A stretch of 64,000 bases of DNA, taken from contig JAQGDQ010000092.1 of the NCBI GenBank assembly GCA_030141605.1, positions 62,001 through 126,000 on the forward strand, given 5' to 3'. The notes under the pieces are model-generated. The model was not told where the DNA came from. It made no database searches and was given only the letters and a program-made list of their open reading frames with translations. Shown here piece by piece: positions 25,193-37,100 of this stretch; positions within the stretch are counted from its first letter, which is position 1; every line of letters begins with the position of its first letter. Origin of the DNA: Tubiluchus corallicola (lineage: Eukaryota; Animalia; Priapulida). Made by a program: the position numbers and the translations under genes.

Positions 25193-28100
25193 GTATGCAA
25201 ATTGTAAAATATTTGAAGCCTATAAATTTATTATTTATGAATCTTCAACTGACTATTAAGAATTGGTACAGGCAATTAAACCGATTTTGTGTATTCAGTT
25301 AGTTGCCATTGATATGCCACTGCATGAAATTATTAACACACGTAGTACTGTAGTAGTCAATAATGGTTTTGGTTCATATAGTATTTAAATTATTTTATTT
25401 GCTTTTTACTTTTTAAAAATGTCCACTCGAATGGTGTCTAATTTTAATGAATTTTTTTTTAGTAGGCCTAGTAAAACTTATTGACTGCATATGAGCATCT
25501 TTCAGAAATGATGATTTTTTTTTAAAGCCAGGAGATGGCTAGTTTGTAAACAGGACGGCAGAGCTGAGCAGAGGAGTTTATTAAACCACATGACTGACAA
25601 CTTCTTCCAGCTCTCAAAAACTCATGTAGAAGAAATGTCATGAAAACTTTCTAAATCACCTAGCCAGCAGTGGTTTCAGGTCTTGTATTGCTGTGTGATG
25701 TGTATTCTGACAATAGTGATCACATTCGAGTGAATACGGACCACGCATCACGCATTGCAGATTGCGGATTACGTGCACATGGAAACACTACAACATTTAA
25801 ATGCACTACGGTTTAAATACAAACGATTGTATATGCATTACACATCATACTTTACGTACACGTAATCGTACCTTATGCCTAACCTAATTTACTATGACAC
25901 TGATGCACTCTGACGTAATTTGCCATGACAGCGATTCACTCTGACTAGTTTACTATGATAGCATTGTACTACGATCTAGCTTACCATGACAGCTATTTAT
26001 CCAGTCTGACCTGGTTTACTGTGATAGTGATACATTCCAAACCTAGCCCACGATGCACTTTTTACTTTATGTCCATGATTGTGGTCACTACAAATTACTT
26101 TTTTACAATGACAATTACTTAATGATGCACTTTGACAGCGATGCAATCTGGCAGTGTTTACTGTGTTTACTTTGACAGTGATGCAGTCTGGCGGCTGATT
26201 TTACTTTGATAGTAATGCAGTCTGGCTGAGTTTACTTTGATAGTTATGCTCCCTGGCTGCGTTTACTTTGATGGTGATGCTCCCTGGCTGAGTTTACTTT
26301 GATTGTGATGCCCCTGGCTGAGTTTACTTTGATAGTGATGCACCCTGGTTAAATTTGGTATGACAGTGATGCACTCTGGTCGAGTGTTCTTTGGCAGCGA
26401 TGCAGTCTGGCTGAGTTTACTGTGATAGTATTGCCCCCTGGTTGAGTTTACTTTTTCAGTGAAGCACCTTGCTTGAATTTACTTTGACAGTGATTCAGTC
26501 TGGCTGAGTTTACTTTTTCAGTGAAGCACCTTGCTTGAATTTACTTTGACAGTGGTGCACGTCTGGGTGAGTTTTCTTCGCCAGTGATGCACGTCTGGGT
26601 GAGTTTACTTTGACAGTGATGCAGTCTGGCTGAATTAACGTTGACAGTGGTGTACCTGGCTGAGTTATTTTGATAGTGATGCACCCGGCTGAGTTTACTT
26701 TGACAATAATGCACCTGGATGATTTTACTACTTTGACATTAGTTCACCATGGTAATGATGCGCTTTGACCTAGTTTACCATAACAGTGATGCACTCCATC
26801 CCCTTTACCATGACAGTAATGTACTGCGGAAATCCCGCTGATATTTGTAATTTTGTACACGATGCTCTAGCCATTTTTGGTCTCTAATTGTTACTACACC
26901 ATACATTGAGTGATCTATGGACTATGATCAGCCTAAATTTCTTAAATGTTGCAACTATCTCGAAACGATTCTTATGACTTTTTGTATATATCTTTGACCA
27001 TGGTCAATAAATAAATAATAATAATACTCTGACCTAATTTATCATACTTTCCGACCGAGCACTGCTTCCCTGATGCTCAGCAAAGGTAGTTTTTAGTTGT
27101 TTCTTATATGCAGGCACACTAGAGTATAATTATAATAAAAGAACTTTATAGCAGGATACGGTACAAACATTATCAGAGTTATTGTATAATTGCTCTTTCT
27201 TATTTTAGGTTCATCATGTGTGGCTGTTCGTGTTGATTTACAAGAGTTTAACTTTCAAGTAGTGGACAATGGCTGTGGCATATCACAGACTGATTTAGCA
27301 GTTCTTGGACAGTGGTCAGTACGGTTTTTGCCACACTTCTTTAGAATTAACATTATGCAAGCTTAAATTTAATGACGTATATATTTTATTTAAAAAGTAC
27401 GAAATAAAGAGTTATTATTTGAGCTATAGTGCATAATTGGGTTTATAAAATAAATGTGGCAAGGTAAAAAAAAGGTATTTCTGTCAGTTTTCTGGCAAGG
27501 TAAAATAAAAGGTATTTCTGTCAGTTTTCTGTCCATGGTTATCATTTTGGTGCCAATTTTTTTATTTGTTTGTTAACTGTAATGAAATAAATTTGCATGT
27601 TAAAATGTAAGTAGATGGGTCAATTTCGGGCTAATGCGACATTATTTCAAATTAAGGTAAGATTTGATAGATGCAAGTAGTTAGAAGTTAGATTTTATGC
27701 TTATTTTGCAATCTAATAGCCTTTTTTTTTTACTTTTTTGGTATTTCTTGCTGTTTAGTCTGATTGTAAGATTACTTGTTTGCTTACATTACAATAAATA
27801 AACTATTTTTCGTTACTGGTAATAATAGTATATTCCGTATCATAATTCTAAATCCCGCACTTAACTGTTTTTGAGATTTAAATTATTAAAAGATTTAGAT
27901 CTAAATACAGGCAGTACACTAAACAAAGACGAATTTTTGACAAGAAGGAACGTATTAATTTATATTCGTGCATAAAAACTGTACAAGGTGCATTTAAACG
28001 ACTAAAAACATTTGTAGTTGTCATATATGATATTTATAATCAAAGATAACTTGCATTTCGTTTCAGGCATTTCACAAGTAAAATCAAGACAATTGAGAAC

Positions 28101-31100
28101 CTCTCGGATCTTGGAACATTTGGCTTTAAGGGTGAAGCTTTGGCCAGTATCATTCAGTGTTGTAAAACTATGGAAATTACTAGCCGATTTAAAGGAAGTT
28201 CTTGTACATTCCTAAAGAAATTTGAAAATGGCAAAAGTGGTGAAGTTATTGAAAGCACAGAAATCAGACCATCAGTTGGTACGACTATAACAGTAAAAAA
28301 TCTTTTTTGTAAGGTACCTGTGCGGCGGTTAAGGATGGACAAGACTATAGAGATGGAACAAATGTGTAGAGTGACAGAGCGCATTGCAATTGTGCATCCT
28401 ACTGTATCATTTTCAGTTCGTAATGATGTTACTGGTGAAGTGTGCCTCAATACAAGAAAGTGCACCAGTGTTTTGAGTATTTTATCCCAGCTTTACTGCG
28501 ATGTCTTCAACCAACAAGCAGTTAATGTCCATTATGTGCTATCTGGCTATGAAATAATGGGACACTTCTCAAAAAATTTGCACAGCCAAAAAAATTTTCA
28601 GTTTGTCTATGTCAATAAGCGAATAATAACAAAATCAAAAATACATTCTCTAGTTAACTTGTTATGGAAAGAACTGGGAAGAACAGAAAAAATTGCTAGT
28701 AATTCGTCATCATCAAACCAGGAAAGGAATTATCCTGCATATGTAATGTGCATAAATTGCCCAATTTCAGAGCTGGATTTGTTGTCCAGTACAGAAGAGA
28801 TGATAAAGTTTAAAGACTGGAATGTCGTACTGAAATGTGTGCGCAAGACTGTGAAACAAGCCTTAACTGATATCATTGGCAAAAACATTAATGATGAAGA
28901 TTCGCAGGAACTTCTTAATGAAATGAAGCTTTTAGAGGAAGAGAGTGAGCATACACATTGTAGTACATGTAGAGATATGTCAAATGAAACACAAGAAAAA
29001 ATTTCGGTTGCAACAGCTTCTGACAGTTTTCTTAGTTCGTTAAATAATATGTTGCAATCCAAAGTCGTCAAGCGTAAGAAGAATTTTGTACGTGATGAGG
29101 TAGAAAATACTGCAAAGAAAAGTAGACCGTGCAGTCATAGCAAGTTTGCTGGTGGTTGTTTTTCAGCTAATGTTTTGTCTGTGTCTGAAAAATTTCGTAG
29201 TTCTAACATCAGATTTGATGCTAAGAAAAATGAAGATGTTGATATTGACAGGATGACTGTGAATGCTGACATAAATGACGATAATGATGGTGTGGACAAT
29301 AGTAGCGAATTAACTAACAAAAACAACTTCAATACTCCCAAAAAGCAAGGAGTTCTTCGTAGTTTCTGTCTTTCTAAGCATTCTTTGGCTGATGCTATTA
29401 GAAAGAACCAAGATAAGCTACTGTCTCCACCTACAGGACTAAATTGTAACTTGATGTATGCAGATGTTGGTTGTTCTCCAGAGACAATCAGCCCCGGTTT
29501 GTCAAATTTAAGAAAGTTAAAGAATATTTTAAGAAACCCTGGTGCAGCTATTAATAAAGATGACTTAACAGATAATAGTTCTGGGCTTAACTGCTTACAC
29601 TGTGTAGGCAATGTCATCAAAGCTCACCATGCAGTAACTACCTCAGACAATATGGTTAAATCTCCTAAGGTGGACATTCTAGAAATGCAGAATCAGAGTC
29701 GAGCTTCGGATTTAACTCATGTTGCAGTTTGCCAGTCTTCCATTTGCCAAAATACTAATATTGAAAAAAAGATTTCCAGTTTAACACCTAAAATAACAGA
29801 AAAACATTTTAACAAAGATGCTAGCAAAGCTAGTAGCTCTGAGGAAGTAATTACTTCACTTGAGTTTGATCATTGTGACAAAGCTATTCAGTGCTCATTA
29901 CTGTCATCCAGTGATAATACAGATTTGGCAAATGGAACAAAGGCGGTTCATAAGGTACACTTAGAAGAAATGACTTTTGTGTTTCCAACATGTAAAGCTA
30001 ATGCAGTTTTGGAAAGTACTGGCTATAGCTGCTTTCCTGAGCACCAAAGGGAGATTGATTGCTGTGAGACACATGTAGCTGGCAAATGCAACAGTCTGTG
30101 TTTGTTCAATAAAGAAATCTTCAGCAAAACTAGTCCCAAGCAAAATTGTTGTAAAACTTCGTTTGATTCGCTTTGTACATCCGACACCCCTAAGCCTTCC
30201 TCTAACTATGCCAAAAATGCTTCAAATCCTGAGCACTCATCATTGTATGAACATAAACTACCTTATGTTAACAATGATAGAAGTGTTGAATCTACTGACG
30301 GATTTTCATTTAATCATGTTGTAAGTGCTACAGTGCCAAAACAAGATCAGAGTATAGGTTGCACTAAGATGTTTAATGTTGATGATATTACCCTGCCTAT
30401 TTACACGGCCTGTTACAATAGAGATTTTGATCCTGCCAGTTCTTACAGTTTGTCACAGGATATTTTAAACATGAGCATGCAACATAGATTTTCAGGCAGC
30501 CAAAGTTCTGCAAGGCTTACATGGTCTTTGAAGCCTATGAAAAATAGGCCAGGTATTTTGGAAAATATCCCAACCCGTGCATTATCACACCGTGAAAAAT
30601 ATAGAAATGCTGAGTCTCTTGCTCACCCTTGCAGCCCGTACTTTTTAAGCTGTGAGAATCGTAAAGGCATCTCTGACTGTGAAAAACACCATCATGTAAT
30701 TGAAAGTTCAGGTGAGCTATTACAGGCTGATAATGAATCTGAAAATCAAGGACAGATGTGTGATAGTCAAAGCATGCAGGGTCAAAGTGATGGCATCAAG
30801 TGTCTGTATGGAAGTTATGAAGGTTTTGGAGACTACCTGACATTTTCTGCAGCCAGTGATTTCAATCATGGTAATCTAAAAGAATACAGACTTTGCTGTT
30901 TATCAGAAGATAGTGCAGAAAACGAGTCTGCACATCTTAATAATCTTCAACAAATTGCATTGGCTTATTCCTCGCCTTCACCACTGCTGAATTATTTCAC
31001 TGGCACATTATCTAATGGTGGGATAGCATCTGCTTATAAAACAAGAGATGATGGTGACAATGGCAATAATGGAAATGCGGAAAAATTAACAGATAGTCAG

Positions 31101-34100
31101 TTTTTTGTTTCTGATTCGAGTCCCTCGCCTGTGTTTGGCGATACTACTTTGCAAGGTAAATTGGAAAGGGGACTGAAGCATTTCAATAGTAATACAGCCC
31201 ACCACTACAACCAATCAAGAAACAATGCACTTATCTGCAATATTGACTCTACAGTCAATTTTGCTGCGTGCTGTGATAATACTGAAGATAGCAATAAAAT
31301 TAATATTGGTCCTTGTTTAAAGACTATAACAGAAGATGTTGAATTGGCTGCAAAAGAGGATGTCAGCATCGGTTCCAGTGATGTCACTTTCACCGATGAA
31401 AATCCTGACGTTGAGGCTCGTACTGATAGCAATGAAGCTGAGAATATCCCTTTAATTACAGTCAGTGAATTTAACATCTCATCTAGTGTTTCAGAATGTC
31501 TTGCACCAGAGAACAGTAATTCTACTGCTGACGTTTCAAAGATTATTACTTGCTTTGATCCCGTAAAAGGAAAGCTGATGTCTGTAGATATGAGTACTGG
31601 CATGACTGTCGAAAGCAGTGAAAAGACCAAACAGGAAGCTCTTTCTGTAGAAAAGACTTGCAACAGTTTTTTCATGCAGAACACAGGTATATCTTATCAT
31701 GTTCATTTGAACAGACATTCTTTTCATTGTTAAGTTTGCTTTTGTGTAAGTATACGTGTGTTCATTAAGTATTAAAACTAACATAAGGTTTACGTTAAAT
31801 TACAAGACTTGTTACTTTTAACATTATTGTCACCAAATTTCCTCTAGGGAAGAAGCACTTTTTTCTGTCTCACAATGCCACACCATTTCTGCCAAAATCG
31901 TCACTGGGTAACCAAACTCATCTTGACAAACTTTCTCCTACTTCTAGTGAGCTGTTAAATGAAATGTGGAACTCACACCAAAGTATGCTTCGAGGTATCT
32001 CAAATGAAGGTAATGCATTCATTAACATCATTTCACTTCTGGTTATACCACATTTTTTATGGAGCAAGATGAATAGCATAGTAGTTACTATATTTAGTGA
32101 CAAGGTTAAGCAAAACAAAGTCTGATTTGTGACTGAATGGGTGACTATATGTAGGGGGCATCCCTAAAGTACACAAAATCAATTTAAATCGCACTTAGTA
32201 TATCAGTTAAACTTTTTGCAATACCTCACTGGATAAAAATCAGTGGCTCTTAAATTATGAATATGGACATGGAAATCACTTATTAAGTGAAGTATTAAAA
32301 TACGAATAGTGTTTTGGTATTATCCTGTGTTATTAACATTTTAATTTTAGTTCATTGTTGTTATAACAGCAGGCACTGACTCAACTTACTGTTGGGAAAA
32401 CCCATTACAGCAGTACAGATCTGGTATTGGCAACCTCTCAGATGTGCATTTACAACGTTTTGCAGTTAAGAAGCAATTGTTAAACCAGCAACACTGTTTG
32501 AGAAAGGAAATGTTAGAAAATATACTGGTATTGCATCAATGTTTTCATAGTAGTTCATGCTTTTACTTGTTGCAGTTTTTATTAACATTAGTGAGGATGA
32601 TTTCATTATTTTAAGATTTTTAAGACATTGTAGATTTGTAAATTTTTTGTAAATATGTAAATACTGTAACAGTATAAACTGTACTGTATCACTGCTTACT
32701 TTTAGTATAAACAGTGTCTTCATTTAGATGATACTGCAAACAGTTTGGAACATTTCTAGCACAATAATTAGATAGAGTAGACTAATCTACATTAGATTTG
32801 GTTAGATTGAGTTAGATTTCGTTAAGTTTATTCAGCTGTGATAAAATTGACGCTCGCCTTTAGTAATTTCTTTTGTTGATGAATCACAGTTGTTTTTTAT
32901 TTAAATTGTCTGTTGAAAGAATGAGTTATGGCAACCAAAATCTTTTCTAGCCTCCACAAAGGTGCACCAATAAAACTTAGTTTAACTGTGTTCTACAACA
33001 ACTTTGATATTGCATTTTCACAAGCATTGTCTCAAAGCCAGATATATGCTTGTGTATGCACAATGATGAATAATTATACAAAACTTTATGCTAGGTACTA
33101 AAGAGCGGTATATTTATTTATACGCTTATACAAATACAATATAATCTGTAGCAGACAAGGAGAGAACATAGTCATAGTCTTGGACTCTCGAGCTGAGTCC
33201 GGCTTCCTACTGCAAGGCCGGATTATCCTATAGGCTCCTCAAGCTGGGGGCCCACAAGTTTTGGTAACATTTGGTAAAAATCAGTTTTTTTCGTTACGGT
33301 TGTGTTGAATTTTGTGTAAATTTGATTTGCTTTGCAATAAATAGTAAAATAGCAGTATTTATAAAAGAATATTTTCTTTGACAACCAAAAGTTTTCTAGT
33401 TAATTTAAATAATTTGCAACAAGTTTACTTCAACCCACGTAAATGTTGCTAAAATATATAATAAGTAAAAAATATTTAAGATAAGTGCAGGCAAATTAGA
33501 GGGTGGCTCCGTCTGAGGATGTCCATAATTTTATTAGCATTGGGCTAGTGGCGCCAAAAAGTCATAATCTGGCTCTGCTTCTTAGCACTTGAGTTTGAGT
33601 CTGAATCCTTAAATAGTGGACTGCATCCTGATTTCAGTCTTACATTACTGGTGACTGAGCCATGATAAATTGATGCGGGAACAATAAATGTTCATACTTT
33701 TATAGCTACTCACCCAATTTCTATTTTTCTATACTTTCTGTTAACTGTTTTTGTATATCTCACTGTTCTATATTTTATTCCCATCTCACGAGACAATTAT
33801 CTTTTTTCCTAGAAATTTTTTCGTGGTGGGTATTTGCCCACTGTTGTGGGATAAATTTAGTTTATAAACAAGATTGGTCTGTTTTTAGGTTATTGGTCAA
33901 GTAGATGCCCAGCTTATAGCCTGTTTGCTACATAATGATGATTCTTTATCATATCCTCAAGATTGTGGGGCTACAGTTCACAAGCAAGATACAGTAGTTA
34001 TACAAGGCGGTGGTTTATTAGTATTGTTTGATCAACATGCAGTCCATGAGCGCATACGTCTTGAGAAGTACGTTAAAGGTACTCTTACATTGCAAAGGTA

Positions 34101-37100
34101 GCCACTATTAAATACTGGTTTTCTTCATGTTAACTTCAGAAAAAGGGCTACATGACTAGTTGAATACTGCAATTATCAATATCAAAATATATAAATATCG
34201 ATCAAATGTAAACAATGCTCATTGCATTCAAAGAAGTGAAGCAAACTTGAGTTTGTGAAACATAGGTGGCACTGCCGTCTCTCTTTATCAAACTATCAGT
34301 CTTACAATATTGCTAGAAATTCTACTGCATGTTAGGAACTGCCGTGCTTCTGATTGGCAAACTGCGTTTATCTTATAATTGATATTGGCCTATCGCTCTG
34401 CCTCCGTTGTAACGTAAGCACGCTCAGCAGCATTCGGGACAGCAGCTCCATTGGATAACAACTGTCTTTAGTAAACAACATGACAACTAACATCTAATAA
34501 GAAAGATAAACTGATTGTGCTTTTTCATACAGACAAACTTGCAGAACAGCAGTTATTTTTACCCGAAAATTAACACTTCAAGTAGCCAAAGAATTACTTC
34601 AATTTAAACAGAATATACAGACGAAGTTTCAAAGCACTACAAAATGCAGAGACATAAGTATTGTTATAAAGAAAGTTAGCCTTACTTTTTAAGATAAATG
34701 AGCAACAAAAATATTAAGTCCTTCTTGCCTATTTTTTCTATATTTAACTGATCATGTGCTCTTCTGCAAGACAAGACTTTTCCAAGTTTTGTATTTTTGT
34801 GTTTGTTAGTCTACGGAAATCAGATAATTTGATTGTTCCAGACCATGAGCTACCCTTGTATTGACTGCCCGAGTTACATAAGTCCCAATGGCATCTTTTA
34901 ACCATGATTATAACCAGAAAAATAGCATAAAATTAACTAATATTAAGTTGATAGATATTGCCTTTTTTAACTATTAAATATATTAACCTTTTTCCTTGTT
35001 TATTTGTTGTACCGTATGTGAGTACAAATAAATGGAATAATTAAATAAACTATAAATTTTGACCACATTTGAATTAATTTTCACCGTGAAGTGTTCATAG
35101 AGGTCTATAAAAACTGGCCAGAAAAGAAAACATTTTGCCTAAAAATTTCAGAAAACATTTTACCTAAATATGGGGTTTCTACGAGTGCTCACTTGCTCAT
35201 AATCATGACAGTTGTCACGGATTCCCATAGATGAGTTCAGCTCTGCGGCTAGGCTTCAAATGTTGCGGACCAAGGCCGATTAGCTTAATTACCCTAAGTA
35301 AACCTACTTAGAGGTGTGCAAGCTGTAATTTTTACATGCATGTTAACCTTCAATCATTTATACCTGCTAACTGAGGCTTCAGTAATCTGAAGTCATAAAT
35401 TTCTTCTCAACTCTGTTCAGGTAGGCCGTTTAATGTTTGTGAACATTAGAGCAGCATCATATGATTGACCTGACCTCGTTAGGTTAATTTGTCCTTTTTT
35501 AAAGTTAATCAAATAGTTGTTTTTATCTAACTTGCAAAGTCATAAACTAAACTAAACTGCATATTTTATTGATGGCAAAATGGTTTAATTAGCAATTTAT
35601 AGACGTAAGCGTTGTGCATGTCTTTCTATAATAAACAAAACTAGACTATATATTTCCACTAATTCACTTGCAATTTCAGTCGATAATAATAAAATATAGA
35701 GCCAGTCCAATGTTTTTGTTGTTAACTAATGAAAAGTTGAGCATTTTTCATAACCGTGTTAGATGCCCGGCAATACGCAACTGCAGCTAAATGTCTCGAA
35801 AGAACCGGAGTTAAGTAAGCTCTGCAGGGGTATGAAAAATCTTGCACACTGATTGGGTAGTCAACGAGAATGATTGACGTTATTGGTGGAGGCTTACTAG
35901 CATTACAATAATGAGTTGAGCTGAAGAACAATTTTCAAATTTAAAGCAGTGTTGCCTGTTAGTGTTGAATAGTGTTACCAGATGTATACACTTGCATGCA
36001 TATAGCATGTTAGAAGTCAGTAATAGTAGGGCAGATAATGTAACTGCCAAAAAGATTAATAATACATGCTCTTGTGCAGCTGCTAATATTACTACATCTA
36101 CAGTTCAGTAGTAGTTTTATATTTTTAAAGAATAGTGAGAAATCTAGAAAGCAGAGTAGACTTATGTGACCAACATTTTAACCTTACTTTTGACGACTAA
36201 TTTTTACTCATCATTAATTTGTTTATGAAGCATGTTTTTTCAAATATGCCCTTGTGTTATCACTTATATTATCTGTGTGCATTTAGAATTTCATGAAGAA
36301 ACTGCAGCAAGGAAATTAAAAGTACATTGGCTTTCAACCCCTCTAAACCTGAGTCTTCGAATGGACAGTGTCAAGCTTGCTAAGAGATTTGTTGATAGGT
36401 TTAATCAACTCGGGTTGCATTTTAATGTGAGTTTTGTAAATTAGCAGTTAACCCTCTGAGGACCAAGGGACACATTTGTCCCAAAATGTAACTTGGCCAT
36501 TCTTTTACAAAATTTTGTACTTTTTCTAGCAATATGCTATACAGATACAACCTTTGCATGATTGACATGAGTTTTGACTTAATTTTGTATTTTTTACAAT
36601 TTTTACAATTTTTATGTTTTCAGCTTGCTGAACCGATTGGGTTTTCATCAGCCTGTGCAAAAAGTAAAAAGCTGTATTAGTCAATATGTTTTTGCATTGT
36701 GTAGGGCCAGATTGTATAATTAGTTTGACATAGTTATGTTTTGAAATTCTTTGCTGTGGTTTTTATGCTGTTTGTTTATATGCAATGGGACACCATCATC
36801 CCTATGGTCCTTAAAGGTAATTTTCCAATGTAATACAGCAAGTGAACTGCGTACGGATTAGATGCATTCCTAGAGGTTGTGAGTTTGTGAAAGAATCACT
36901 GTCCTTCAGATACGTTGTAGACAACAATTCAAGACTGTAAAAAGGTAAATATATTGTGTGGCAAGATGAGTTAGGAAGGCTTGAAAGGTGTAACGAAGAA
37001 TAGGATGTATGGCGTGATGCACGTGTAAAGTAGTGTAGTGTAGTGCAGTGTAGTGTAGTGTAGTGTAGTGTAGTGTAGTGTAGTGTAGTATAGTGAAGTG

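Noticed and set aside
25885-26830. CRISPR-like array of 30-bp repeats
   Set aside because: Units are head-to-tail with no unique spacers, there are no cas genes, and the array sits in a eukaryotic intron.
28140-31733. Stand-alone 1197-aa protein
   Set aside because: It is an internal MLH3 exon: it starts at a TTG in mid-motif (GEAL) and is bounded by splice sites at 28067 and 31686.
28154-31784. Several 60-160 aa antisense ORFs over MLH3 exon 3
   Set aside because: These are expected shadows of a long coding exon and carry no recognisable motifs.
32351-32380. Upstream acceptor (ttttag, 32350) for MLH3 exon 5
   Set aside because: In phase 1 it hits TGA after 9 codons; the CAGCAG acceptor preserves the WENP frame.
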